DNA of 64,000 bases from Tubiluchus corallicola. Taxonomy: Eukaryota > Animalia > Priapulida. Positions 51,601 to 63,670 of this stretch are shown one piece after another. The notes beneath the pieces are model-generated. The model saw only the letters and a list, made by a program, of their open reading frames with translations, had not been told where the DNA came from and did no database searches. The stretch spans positions 1,174,066 to 1,238,065 of the forward strand of contig JAQGDQ010000011.1 of assembly GCA_030141605.1 (NCBI GenBank), given 5' to 3'. Position 1 is the stretch's first letter. Every line of letters begins with the position of its first letter. Made by a program: the position numbers and the translations under genes.

Positions 51601-54600
51601 TTTTGCAATGTTCTTGTCCCAAAATTAGAATTACAATATTTTGGTGTGTCTATTTAGCAATATAAAATTTCAAGGTGTGAGGCATTTTTCGAAAATATTT
51701 ATTTTTATTAAAGCTACAAGATTTCATGCTAAGTTACAAGTTGTGCTGATAAGCTTTACAAACCTTCCTATCAAATACAGGCGGAATCTTACACAACGAA
51801 CCACATCATAATGACAATGGGGAGTGATTTTCAATATGAAAATGCTAATGAATGGTACAAAAACCTTGACAAACTGATAGCCTATGTAAATGCAAGGGTA
51901 AGTAAATGCAGTGAAACTGTGTAAACGTTCTGTGAGTTTATCTGTCTTTACACCTGTAATACTAAATTAAACAGAGTTGTCACTAAACTAAGTGATTCAT
52001 GTAGGCATATACCACATTTGGGTCTACTGCGAATAACTTGGCCCTGTTATATACATATATATATATACATATATTCAAAATTTCACAATCAAAAATGATT
52101 TTCAAAAAAATTATCACTTTCTTTGATAACTTTGTTTTAACCAAAACATGCCTTGGACCAGATTAGCTTTTTATGCTACTTTTAGGCCAAGTTATACACA
52201 TATTTGATAACTTGCTTATTTTTTTAAGATATGCAGTTTATATTTAAGACCCGTTTCCTAGATTCACTTTATATGTGTGAATATATACATTATATATATA
52301 TGTATATATATTTATACATAAAAACTGCCCAAACTTAATATTCGCTTTTATAATAAATTGGTCAGATCCCAACTTGGCCTAAAAGTAGCATAAAAAGCTA
52401 GTCTGGATCAAGGCGTGTTTTGGTTAAAACAAAGTTATCAGAGAAAGTGATAATTTTTTGAAAATCATTTTTGAATGTCACAAAGAAGATGTGATCACAA
52501 GAGTTTTCTGCTATAAAATAAAGAAATCAAAATAAAGAAAATAAAAGTAAATAAATAAATAACCACAACAAGGTTTATTAGTATTAACGATGTTAATATT
52601 AATGAACCTTATTGTGATTAACTACCTCTTTCTTTTGATTATGGATACACAGCACCATTCATCAATTTTTAGAGGAGTTCCTGGAAATAACAAACTATGG
52701 TGGTTAAACATAGATGATTTAACATCACTTGTATGTGCTCTTTGACATTATTACAAACTTTTCACGCAACTATTTTCTTTATCTAGCAAGCCAATGGCAG
52801 CACTGTTAACGTGTTCTATTCGACGCCATCTTGTTACCTCTACGCTCTGAATCAAGCTGGTAGATACTGGACCACAAAAAGTGATGATTTTTTCCCATAC
52901 GCAAGTGGCCCACACACTTACTGGACTGGATTCTTTACCAGTCGACCAAACTTGAAGCTTTTCATGAGAAACACCAACAATTTTCTGCAGGTAAGTTGCA
53001 CACCTGCTGACTTTTTATTCACATGAGTTTGTCAGTGTTCGTCAAAAGTTGATTGTGGTGTTTTACTGCCATTTTGTAACATCATACGGTTTGTAACATT
53101 ATTTAAAACTTAAGTCGTCTGTGTCACGTTAATGCGTCATTTATTTTATGGAAACAGAGAAAGGTCTTTGTAACTGCTATTGTACACTCTCTCTAGCATA
53201 ACAAATCTAGCTAGTGCCTAGACCACTGTGTCGCACCCTCATCTTGTGCAACTTTTTGTCGCAATTATGACATCGCCATGCTTGCATGTTAACTCCTTTA
53301 ATGTCTGTTCACCAAAATTTTTTGTGCCGTACATATATATTTTTATTTGAGTGGGTATTATGGAGTGAAAATGCTGGTCTTCCTATCTTTAGTGTCCATT
53401 CTTCTAACAGTGATGTCATTCATCAACTGAAGAAAAGCAGCACTATCAATTCCCATCAAAATAATAGCAAGTTTTTACAAAAAATTAATTGATTTTGTCA
53501 TATTTTTGCATGAACATTAGGCAAGTTGCAGAAGCTTAAAGTAGTTTAATCCATGGGCTTATCAAAAATCACGAAGTCTACCAATTACGTCATAAATTTC
53601 AAGTGAATGGCAGCTACCACCACGCCTGAAAATTTCTATACAGCAGTAGTATAAATTAACTGTTTAGGCAGTTTTTGCAAATTTCTTTGTTAATATTTTT
53701 CCGAGTTTAAAGAATCAACAGTAAAATCAACCCAAATGCTAAATGAGTTGTCCTATAAATTGGTTGTATTTAAACAAATTTGAGCTTTACTGTCGTAACC
53801 AATAAGCTAGTTTTCATTTTTATTTTCCGTCTCTTCAGGTATGTAAACAGCTTGACGCTTTGGCCAGGCTTGGACCCTTGGACAATGATGACCTTGACAT
53901 GTTGAGAAGAGCAGTGGGTGTGGCGCAACATCACGATGCGATAACGCAAGTTATTTTTTCTTTTAGATAGGCCTGTTGCAAGGATTGCTACTTTAGCACA
54001 ATGTAATCATTACGATAGGACGATATAGACAGAAAGTTTGTTAATTAAAGCCCAAGAAAACACTCTTCATAAATAAAACTTTAAAAATTGGTTTGAAATT
54101 TAGTCTTATTGCATACAGCAGTTGTATGCTGTATAAATCTTGTAAATTGTAACTCTGTGGTGGCCATTAGATGCAGCCATTTTAACGGTAAGTCGTTTGG
54201 AACAAGTTCAAATCTCATTGCATTAAGTTTGAAAAAATAATCAAGGTATTCACAGCACACTCTTTGCTAACGAAGCAAAAGTTTAAGTTAATTTATGTTG
54301 TAAATCAGATTAATAATGTTTTGTGGTGAATCAGTGGTGCACACTGGGATGGCGATGCAATGCTGTTTTATCAGTTAGCGTGAACATTTTAAATTATTAA
54401 GAATTTTTCAAAAGTCTTTCAAACAAGTAAGCGTAATGCTAAGTAATATAACTTTGTATGGGAAATTCTTTGAGATGTACGCTAAAATTCCGTTTTTCCC
54501 ATGTAACTTCTACAAAAAAGAACCTGTTGCTTTTGCATTGAATCAAAAAAGTTGTCAAGCCGAGTTGTCGCTGCTGTTTTTTATATTGTTTGTCAGTCTG

Positions 54601-57600
54601 CAAGTTGCAATCCTGCCTACTTAATATAGCCAATTGTAGCAGGACTGCAATCTAGTTCATTATCAAGTATACTTTGCTACGATACGACACTGGATCTTAT
54701 GACCATGTTCAAACTGCATTCAGACACATCCTCTCTTACCGAAGTAAATAGCCAAAACCACTATGGCAAGTCACCCATCCTAATCTCGGCGTTGCTTAAC
54801 TTCTGTCACTAAGCTGCAGTTCCCTAAGCTTCTAGAATTTCCATTGAATTATTAAATAATGATTGTGGTATCCCGCCTGAAAATTAAGAAAGCCAGTGTA
54901 AGATTAATAATAGTGGATCTTTTTTCTTGAATCTTCTTGCAGTGGAACAGAAAAGCAGCACGTTGCTTATGACTATGCTCAGCGTCTCTCTGAAGGAATA
55001 TCAGAATGTCAGGTGGGTAAAAAACTCGGTGACTAACGATTACAGATTTAAGTGCCACACCTGTGCATAAGCTTAGATGTCTCTGCTCATGCGCCATATT
55101 TAAACTGTGCTACTGATTGACTTTGCTTTCTTACTTGGTTGGTTTTGGTTGGCTGGGCTGAATAACAGACTGTTTGATTGGCTGTCACTTGACTGAGTGA
55201 CTGACTAACTGACTGACTGCCTAGCTGACTGACTGACTGACTGATAGAGTAGTTGATTAGAGTATTTTCTAACATTATTCTGGTTGCATGCCTAGCAACA
55301 CTAGCCAATGGGTTTGTTGGTTGGAAGACGAAGTCACAGACAAAAATATACTCTTTTGACAAACAAATCGACTATTGATTAATTAACAAAAAATTGATTA
55401 ATATTTTACTTATTAATATATTGACCAATGAACCGAGAACCTACTGATGAACTAATCCACCAGCAATGTGAGTATTGACGTATGTGTCTAAGTGACTTAT
55501 TGAATTAACTACTAGTAGATCGAATATGACCTAATCAAGTTTTAACTTTATCCATATAATTGTTGTCTAACTGAGTGATTTGCTAGTTAGAGGTAGCACA
55601 GAAATGTTAATTTGCTGATCAATATATTGATGCTTAAAAGAACAAAGTGATCAAGTTCTGAATAACACTATTGCAGTTTTGTCAATAAAATCACTTTCAC
55701 CAAATTTTGGCATTCCTAGCTAAAACAAACTTAAAACTCACAGGATGCAGTGAATGATGCCTACAAAAACCTGATGCCAAAAGAAGGAATGGATATGCCA
55801 CCTCCTGTTCAGACATTCTGCCCCTTACTGAACATCTCACAATGTGAAGTGAGTGAGAGCAACAATCAGGTGAGATCAGTTTCCCATTGACCTGCTTGTT
55901 TTTTGAGAAAAAAGTTAATGATAATAATAATTGTAAGGACATAATCCAGGGATAACACCTTAAATAACTTAATTCTTATTTGTAAGGTAGTCGCAATTAT
56001 TATTGGCCACATGTTACTTCAATAAGCTTGGTCAAAGAACCAGTGGTAGCATTTTTTAAGTCTTTGGTACGACTCGGTCGGGAGTTGAACCCGCGACCTC
56101 CCAGTTGGGAAATGAGCAGGTGAAACACTGTAAGATAAGGCACTGCTATAAAAGTATGAAATAAGAAAATGTTGCATTGTTTTCAGTTGTCTACGCTGTA
56201 CCACATCACATTCACATTGGTTTTGCAATTTACAGTTACTGTATACACCCGATTGCATGGACTGTGTCACATCACATTTAAATTGGTTTTGCAGTTTACA
56301 GTTACTGTATACAATCCTCTTGCATGGACTGTACCACATCATATTCGTATTCCTGTGCAGTCAAGCAGTTTTGCAGTTACTGGGCCTAATGGTGGAAAAG
56401 TCGAATCACAGGTAATTTTAATTTGTTTAAGGCAATTGCAGCAATGATGATGATGATGGTGATGGTGATGAAGAAGATGATGATGACGATGACGATAAAG
56501 ATGATGATGACAATGATGATGATGACAATAATAGTTTATTTAAAATAGGTTGTACCCGTGTCCGACATCACAAAGCGGATACCAGGAAGAAGCAGCCATG
56601 CAGAAAATGAAGTTGTGTTTCACGCGGAGTTACCCCCACTTGGATTTCAAACATTCTTTCTCAAAGAGGATACTGGTGAGTGCAAAAAGAGCACTGTCTT
56701 TTACGTTTTAGACAATCCTTAGCTTCCTCTTTAAATAAACCCCTAAAATTAGTGTGCGGCTACAGACAAAAATGTGTAAGTTAATGATAAAGAAATGATA
56801 ATTGCATTCAAGATTCTGCCACATTGGAGAGGGCCATTTAGCAATATGTCTTTTTAACAGTCCTAATCTAACAGTAATAAAAAGTTTTGGTTTCGACCAC
56901 CATAACTAAAGAAATCGTAAAGAGGTTAGGCTTAATGTCCAGCCAACAAAATTTAATTTCTATGCATGAAAACATGGAGTGATCTTGCAAGAAAGTATCT
57001 CATCAAGCTAAACTTTTTGATTATAATATTGAGCTTTATCTTTTTTCCAGGACTCTGGAAGTGGCTATTCCCAGCAACCAGAGTTGATTCAAATGCACAT
57101 TTGGGAAATGATATAGAAATTAAAAATGAGGTGAGAAATTTGAACAGGTGATTTCTGAAGCAATTAAAGCTCTGTTATATTAGTACTTAGTAAAATGCAC
57201 TAGAATACTACAGGAATATATCAGAGAAATGACATCATAGTTTTTGGCCATCGGTCTTGTAAACTCTTTTCGACTCAAGTTTGTTTCTGCATTTCAGCAT
57301 GTGAGTTTAATATTTGATGGAACCACAAGTCTCTTGACGTCCATCACAAACTTGGACAGCAAGGTGTCCATTCCTGTCACCCAGTCGTTCTATTGGTACA
57401 GAGGCGCCATCTATGATAATGACACTCAACAAGCTTCAGGCGCTTACATCTTCAGGCCTAATGGAACAAAACCGACATCTCTGGGTGACTCTGTGACAAT
57501 GAGTATAATAAAGGTTTGAAAACTGTACTTAACTTAATGCATTTAATCTAAAATGTAAGATATTCCCTGAATTTCAGCAGAAATTTCTAGCATTTCTAGG

Positions 57601-60600
57601 AGATCCTAAGTATTAATGAGCATGTAGCAATACACTTGTATGCATGTATATATGTACCAAGCAGTTTTGCAAAAGACATTTTATAATAAATAGTAGCCTG
57701 GTTGCAAGCGATTAGGATGTAACCAAGGTTGCACTGTTGGCACAACTGCCCTATTTTTTACATCTATTTTCAAAAACGATTGCCCAGCCTAAGCAATAAC
57801 CAAAATTTGTAAGAATGATGGAGCTATCAAGCTGGAGAATCTTATTGGTGGCACATACATTTACATTCTTTCGTGTGCAAAACAATTAGTGAGAAGAAAG
57901 TTTCACAGAGAAGTAGTCCAGAGAAAGCTAAACGACCATATTTGTAGCTTTAATATTTAACGCGATCTAAGTATAATTTTATATTTTGTCGCCTGTAGTG
58001 GTTTATGCAGCCTGAAGTTGATGTGTTAAGTTGTAACACTTTGACTATATGTTATATATGAGCGATGTAACAACTAATTTGCTATCAGTAAAGTAATGCA
58101 TATCTTTTTTTTATTTTATAGGGGAGTATAGTTCAGGAAGTGAGGCAACAGTTTACACCTTGGCTGAGTCAAGTTATTCGTCTTTACAAAGGTCATACCT
58201 GGGCAGAGTTTGAATGGACTGTAGGACCAATTCCAATCAGGTATGATTTGTGGCCATTTTATCTTATCGTTAGCCCTATATTTCACAATAAGTTTTTTCG
58301 ACGACATAATTTATCATCTACATTTTTGCAAAGCTTTTTATATAGTTCGGCAGCAATTCTATATAGATGGTTTCTGCTTAATAAGCCAGATGCAACAGAG
58401 ATGTGTTGAATGTTGCAATAAATTAATTACATCCTCCACAATGAAGGAAATACCCAGACAAAACTGTTAAGAAATCACTTTCTGATAACCCGTCCTTTTA
58501 CTAACTTAAAGCCAGCATTGCCTAACTTTGGTTGTGCCAAGTAATTCTTCACTTCACCCTGCTACTGATATAACTAAATTTTCATTTGTTTTTGCATTCT
58601 TTGGTTTCAACATTTAAGTATTAAAGTGAAGTATGCGGGCTTCAATGTTATGAGCCAGTTTTTGTTAACTTCAATGTGCTGAAGCCAGTTTCTTTCAATT
58701 TGAATATGACGATACCAGTTTTTTGTCAATTTCAATGATATGAAGCCAGTTCTTTATCAATTTCAACATGATAAAGCCTGTTTTGGTCAGTTTCAAAGTG
58801 ATGAAGGCAGTTTTTTCAGTTTCAACATAATGAAGCCAGTTTTTGTCAACTTTAACATGATAAAGCCTGTTTTTGTCAGTTTCAAAGTGATGAAGGCAGT
58901 TTTTTTCAGTTTCAACATAATGAAGCCAGTTTTTGTCAATTTTAACATGATAAAACCCATTCATCATCTGTTCTTTTTACTATTCTGCTTAAATTAGTAA
59001 CGTCTCTAGTTTCCAACCCTAACAATAATGTGTTTTGTCATATTTTTTGCATTTCCCATCGAAGCATTGTTACGGCATTTTGTCACTGGACATTTTAGAA
59101 AGAGTGTAGCCTTTTACAAAGAGGAATTTATCAGACATATGGGAATACGTTATTGAGTGCCCCGTCTGAAAAAAGTAAATAAGAATAATTAACAGGAACC
59201 AGACCTGGATTTGAACCAATTAGCTTTGGATTACAGGTCCAATTACATACGCACGACATTAGCATAGATCAATCTTGCTAAAGCTAAAATCAAATCTAAT
59301 GCAGAAATTAAACGTCCGATGGCTTTGTAATTTCAGTGACAACATAGGAAAAGAGATCATCACTCGTTTTGATACTAAACTTGCCACAAAGGGGATGTAC
59401 TACACAGATGCAAATGGTAGAGAAATGTTACAAAGAGTGTGAGTAAAATTGTACTGTTATAACAAAGGTGAGCTTGCTTTTTGATTTCACCTGCGTTAAC
59501 ACACCACAAGCAACTTTTGCCTACAAACTTATCTGAAAGATGCCAACTATAGTATAAATAGTTTACAGAAACATGTGAAGTTATAGACCGTTAGTCACCT
59601 ATAGAGTAAATTTTTAAGTCTGAAAAATAGCATGTAGGGGCTGGATAGCAGAAGGTCTAGGGTTCGAGTCCCAGTTGAGGTGCTAAACCTTTTCAAATTT
59701 TCGAATTTAGTATTCCTTTTTTGTATTTATGTAATTGATCTTGTATTGTGTTTTGATACAGTGTGGACTGATCTCTTGTGGCTGATAAACTAAATTTCTA
59801 ATTCTGAAAAAACAGAGGTGTGGACTTCTGAAATAATGTACTTAAGGCTTTATATTTCTGACAGTTATTCGTACATAGCTCTTACTTAATCATTCAAGCT
59901 TAGGCTTATGTACAACAAGACTGTAATCACATCAATGTTATATAACATGAAACATAGAATACAATCCACACAAGGATTGTATGGATGTATTGGATGTTAT
60001 GTATTACTTATTTTAGGAGAGACTTTAGACCGACATGGAAACTCAATGTAACAGAGCCTGTTTCTGGAAACTACTATCCTGTTACCAGTAGAATATTTAT
60101 CAAGGTACAGTAATAATAATCTTGCTGTTATTTTTATACATAATCGAATAATATATTGATTGATTATTCATGGATGATTTTAGGCAATGATGCAAGTGAG
60201 TGCAGGAGTGCAACGTAAAAATTGTAAAAGGTTGGGCAACCAAACTTGGATGACTTTATATAGTACCAGATGGGAAACTCGCTTTAGAGTAGTCAGCGAT
60301 TTTGAGCAGGCCGTTCGAGATCAGAGCTCAATTTTGAAAACCATATTTGGAATTCTTCTTCTTTATTGCATTATACCCAAACTCACATACTCATGAGTAC
60401 TGACTACACCATCTCAGCTATCTGTTACTTTAAGTTACATGACTGGTTGCCCAGCTACTTAAAAATTTTTAGTCCTAAATGTTTCGCAATGTTTGGTAAC
60501 AGCAAGATTTGTGACTGATGGCTCTTTCAGACTAGCAAATTTTCTGTCGCGAGTTTTCTCTCTGACAACAAACTCTCAAGCGTGAAATGTTTTGTGAGTT

Positions 60601-63594
60601 ACTGTCGACAAGAAATTGCAAATTCTCTTAGTTGCTGCGAGTTGATTTACTGTCTTGTGTGAACGCCTCGACGAGTTACTTTCGTCACTTCTCGCAGTGA
60701 ATAGAGAAGGGAGTGTCAGCTCATGCTTACTGTCGGAGAGTAACTCATAGCAAGTTATGCTCTTTAGACTGAACACATTTACGAGTTAATGGGCGGGAAA
60801 AGTCGCTAGTCTGAATGCACTGTAAGCAATATACAGGTAAACAGCATCACAGCAAAAGAATTAGTTATAGCCTAGGCCTGCACAGATGAACACTTTTTTC
60901 TTACAAGTAGTATAACTGTTCCAACACAGGACCACAGACACATGCTAGAACATACTACTCCCAAAAATTTTCTGTTGATCGTTATTTTAACTTTAACTTT
61001 TTCATAGAGAGAAATGAGACTACAAACAGAAGAAAACGATAACAGCAGCTTCTTCTTTCCTCTTTTTAAACTATATTACTATTTTACAACATGTATGTGA
61101 AGCTCTTAAAACTTAAAATTACAAATGTTTTTTTCAGGACGCTGCAAATAAAAATCAGTTTACAGTCCTAAATGATAGAGCTCAAGGTGGAGGCAGCATT
61201 CAAGATGGTTCCATTGAATTAATGGTAATTAAATATTAATGTTTAATGTTAATGGTTTCCACTCAGAAAAGTTGTAAAAATTGTTGATGTCCAGGACTCG
61301 AATTTGGGACTTCTTACTTACAAGTCCTGTGCTGTAATGACTGCATTTTAAAAGACCAGTGCAGAATACTTTTCTTTTCAAAATGTAAAAAACCTAATCA
61401 TTATAGCATATTTTTGTAATGCTTCACGGTGAGTACTCCTATTACAATTGATTATTATTATGATAATTATATATTAATGATTATATTATTATATTATATT
61501 ATATCATATTATATTACATTATATTATATTGTACTATATTATTATTATTATTATAATTGATAATCTGCAGCTTATAATTATAGTCTGCAGCTTCATACAC
61601 AACTTTCATCAGCCCAAGTCATTCAGCCAAGTGCAGCAGAATTTGAAACTCTCACTTGACTTTCATTCTACATCTTATGCAATTTCTTTTGACGTATTTA
61701 TGACACCCACTTTCTTTTACTGAAAGAATGGAAGCCATTGTTTCTCTTTCACTACCAAAAAAAAAACTGCTGACTAAAACTGAATGCTCCCATAATGTTT
61801 GTTGAATGACAAAAGTTGGACTTTGCACTTTTAAAACGTTTTTAATAGCAAATCATTGTCCAGTTAATTCAAAGAAGTTATTGGAAACCCTTGCTTATGC
61901 CAAAACACATTTTTCGTCTCACCACAGGTTCATAGAAGATTATTGGAAGATGATGGAAAAGGGGTAGGCGAACCTCTCAATGAGACCGGACCCAACGGTC
62001 AAGGCTTGGTGTCGCGTGGCAAACATTATGTAATAGTGGACACTGTGGCTAACTCACCCAAGGCTCACAGAAAACTCGCCCAGAAAGTTTTATTTGCTCC
62101 GTGGATGTCGTTCACAGATAGTTCCATGACTCAGCAACAATGGTCAGCTAATTTCAAAACTAACGTAAGCTCACATTTGATTGGCGGTATTTTAGCTATA
62201 AAAGCATGTGACTACCTCACGTGACATGCCGAAAGTCTAGCATTAAACTTATTCACAAAACCATTAAAATTGAACGTGAACACAGTTAATAATTGCACAT
62301 AAGACAAACTACCACTCAAATTAGAAACTGTCTTTTGATTATATCACTAGATTGGCGCCACTTATATCAAGTTCGAAATTAATTTTGCCATTTTTTGAGT
62401 TGCTGTACCTGAATTTTGTATACAATTGAAAAACAATCACTTTTATGTCAGATTATAGCGAGCAAAATATTGGTCATCAAGTAAAACTTTTTTTAGTTTT
62501 TGTACATGAACATTTCTTAAGAAACATAAAAACAGCTTATCAAAATTTCCATTCATACATAAACAATTACTTATACCTATAAACCTGAAAACATAGAAGT
62601 AATTTTTGATATTCTAAATTTTTGACTAATGCATGTAGTATCTAAATTGTTGACTATAAATATTAGATTACTGATAATAAATGTGATTTTCTGATCACCA
62701 CAACTGATCATTCGAATTTTTATTACTACGCAATACTATGTTGTACAATGTATACAAATGTACATAATATTTTACCATCTAATTGTTTTTCTTTCAGTGG
62801 TCAGGCCTAAATTTTGCACTACCACCAAATGTTCATGTTCTAACTTTAGAACAGTGGAGAGGTTCTAGCGTCCTGCTTCGACTGGAACACTTTTATGAGA
62901 ACAATGAGGATCCAGTTTTATCGAAGCCAGCAACTGTCTCACTACCGGTATTAAGTGTGAAATTTGACTTAGTGATCATTTTGCAAGATGAGAAATCTTT
63001 AACCACTTATGATTATGTTTTGTCACCTATCAACCATAACGAAAAGGCTTAGCGGGGATCTTGACAGGCGAATTATAACTCTTTGGAAAGAGGTGGGATT
63101 GGGCTACATGATAATGTGTGTCGCTTTTTAGAAGGTCTCCACCAGGAAAGGCGGCTACGAGTTGATCGGGATGTTCCATTTTGGAAGAATCTTGCTTGAA
63201 AAACTGCTGACACATAGCCATTGTTCTGATGTCATTCAATTGTACCCTGCCTATAATTTTGCTCCAGTAAAAGCTGCTGACTTATGTAATTATGTAAATA
63301 CAATCTAATATCCTATTAAAGTGCAAGGATGGTAAAATAGTAAATGAACACTATGTAGGATGTTCGTGCATTGTTGATTATGCGTGCATTTATAAGCAAA
63401 ATCTTTTGCAGAGCCTCAGCTAGTTAATTATTATACAATCCATGAATGTGATTTGCAGAGGATGTTCAATCCTTTTGAGATCACAGCTGCAGAAGAGATG
63501 ACTTTAGCGGCAAATAAGGTGAAAAGTGAGGCAACACGGTTGCACTGGAAAACTGAAAATGACAGAAACAGAACTCCAAAGTCACCGTTGATGG
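45568..63594 (+). CDS. MAN2B1: lysosomal alpha-mannosidase (GH38), 23 coding exons in window, 3' end outside
   Basis: Signal peptide; [63 protein letters not shown] motifs; splice phases all compatible, 2935 coding nt. Confidence 0.96.
46445..46895 (+). repeat. ~53-64-bp minisatellite made of the exon 2 acceptor junction (7 units)
   Basis: Unit ttgttcaatttcag-agctgcaatcttggt..gaacacat.ctcaatgttcat; the last unit is the real junction. Confidence 0.9.
46849..46951 (+). CDS. MAN2B1: coding exon 2
   Basis: [34 protein letters not shown]. Confidence 0.93.
47396..47569 (+). CDS. MAN2B1: coding exon 3
   Basis: [40 protein letters not shown]...LVNE. Confidence 0.95.
47725..48058. mobile_element. 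intronic MITE with ~80-bp diverged TIRs
   Basis: attattgaatttttgaaaccaaacttgtccaaaatga / tcattttgaacaagtttggcttcaaaatactcaataat. Confidence 0.7.
48389..48582 (+). CDS. MAN2B1: coding exon 4 (catalytic nucleophile motif)
   Basis: [15 protein letters not shown]...[18 protein letters not shown]. Confidence 0.96.
48655..49115 (+). mobile_element. Kolobok-type MITE family A, copy 5 (intronic, partial)
   Basis: Ends TCCTGTTTTCCT-TTAA, 34 bp before exon 5. Confidence 0.8.
49150..49255 (+). CDS. MAN2B1: coding exon 5
   Basis: [15 protein letters not shown]...VWKGSANL. Confidence 0.95.
49866..49963 (+). CDS. MAN2B1: coding exon 6
   Basis: [32 protein letters not shown]. Confidence 0.94.
51110..51181 (+). 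CDS. MAN2B1: coding exon 7
   Basis: [24 protein letters not shown]. Confidence 0.92.
51781..51897 (+). CDS. MAN2B1: coding exon 8 (acid/base motif)
   Basis: [39 protein letters not shown]. Confidence 0.95.
52081..52480. repeat. intronic inverted repeat, ~110-bp arms
   Basis: 52081-52192 is the reverse complement of 52371-52480 with few mismatches. Confidence 0.9.
52787..52990 (+). CDS. MAN2B1: coding exon 9
   Basis: [17 protein letters not shown]...DDFFPYA...[10 protein letters not shown]...NNFLQ. Confidence 0.96.
53370..53758 (-). mobile_element. Kolobok-type MITE family B (intronic, partial)
   Basis: Family B body; terminus TCCT-ATAA at 53751-53758. Confidence 0.7.
53839..53945 (+). CDS. 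MAN2B1: coding exon 10 (GC donor)
   Basis: [12 protein letters not shown]...[11 protein letters not shown](T)/gcaagt. Confidence 0.9.
54050..54500 (-). mobile_element. family C copy 7 (intronic)
   Basis: Family C core on the minus strand. Confidence 0.75.
54765..54810 (-). mobile_element. 5S rRNA-derived (SINE3-like) fragment
   Basis: Minus strand gaagttaagcaacgccgagattaggatgggtgac. Confidence 0.6.
54943..55012 (+). CDS. MAN2B1: coding exon 11
   Basis: [23 protein letters not shown]. Confidence 0.93.
55744..55869 (+). CDS. MAN2B1: coding exon 12
   Basis: [13 protein letters not shown]...[18 protein letters not shown]. Confidence 0.9.
56030..56115 (-). mobile_element. tRNA-derived SINE with gtcgtaccaaagacttaaaaaatg core (MetaSINE-like)
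   Basis: Minus strand gaggtcgcgggttcaactccc B-box followed by a core motif I recall from widespread metazoan SINEs; family name unverified. Confidence 0.6.
56295..56411 (+). CDS. MAN2B1: coding exon 13
   Basis: [21 protein letters not shown]...[10 protein letters not shown]. Confidence 0.93.
56549..56675 (+). CDS. MAN2B1: coding exon 14
   Basis: [42 protein letters not shown]. Confidence 0.92.
57051..57130 (+). CDS. MAN2B1: coding exon 15
   Basis: [26 protein letters not shown]; phases fit both neighbours. Confidence 0.85.
57298..57513 (+). CDS. MAN2B1: coding exon 16
   Basis: [10 protein letters not shown]...QSFYWY...[11 protein letters not shown]...SIIK. Confidence 0.95.
58122..58240 (+). 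CDS. MAN2B1: coding exon 17
   Basis: [22 protein letters not shown]...[11 protein letters not shown]. Confidence 0.95.
58620..58955. repeat. 30-bp minisatellite (TTCAACATGATGAAGCCAGTTTTTGTCAAT)n, ~11 units
   Basis: Tandem units with a ~90-bp higher-order duplication (58761-58941). Confidence 0.92.
59337..59438 (+). CDS. MAN2B1: coding exon 18
   Basis: [13 protein letters not shown]...[13 protein letters not shown]. Confidence 0.95.
59635..59705 (+). mobile_element. tRNA-derived SINE fragment
   Basis: agcagaaggtctagggttcgagtccc B-box; similar to 11730-11770. Confidence 0.55.
60017..60104 (+). CDS. MAN2B1: coding exon 19
   Basis: [29 protein letters not shown]. Confidence 0.95.
60519..60822 (-). 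mobile_element. PIF/Harbinger-like MITE family F, copy 2
   Basis: ttcagactagc / gctagtctgaa TIRs; inverse of 12222-12543. Confidence 0.7.
61138..61224 (+). CDS. MAN2B1: coding exon 20
   Basis: [29 protein letters not shown]. Confidence 0.95.
61928..62164 (+). CDS. MAN2B1: coding exon 21
   Basis: [21 protein letters not shown]...GLVSRGKH...FKTN. Confidence 0.95.
62798..62947 (+). CDS. MAN2B1: coding exon 22
   Basis: [20 protein letters not shown]...LLRLEHFYE...[10 protein letters not shown]. Confidence 0.95.
63459..63594 (+). CDS. MAN2B1: coding exon 23
   Basis: [19 protein letters not shown]...RLHWKT...; ends G/gtaaga, terminal exon not in window. Confidence 0.9.
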
Positions 63595-63670
63595 GTAAGA
63601 TAAAAACTAAATGCTCTATTGTTTTGCCATACACTATTTAGGCTTGAGGAACTATTTAAAGAACATATAT

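Noticed and set aside
58695-58997. Repeat-protein ORFs
   Set aside because: Translations of the intronic 30-bp minisatellite.
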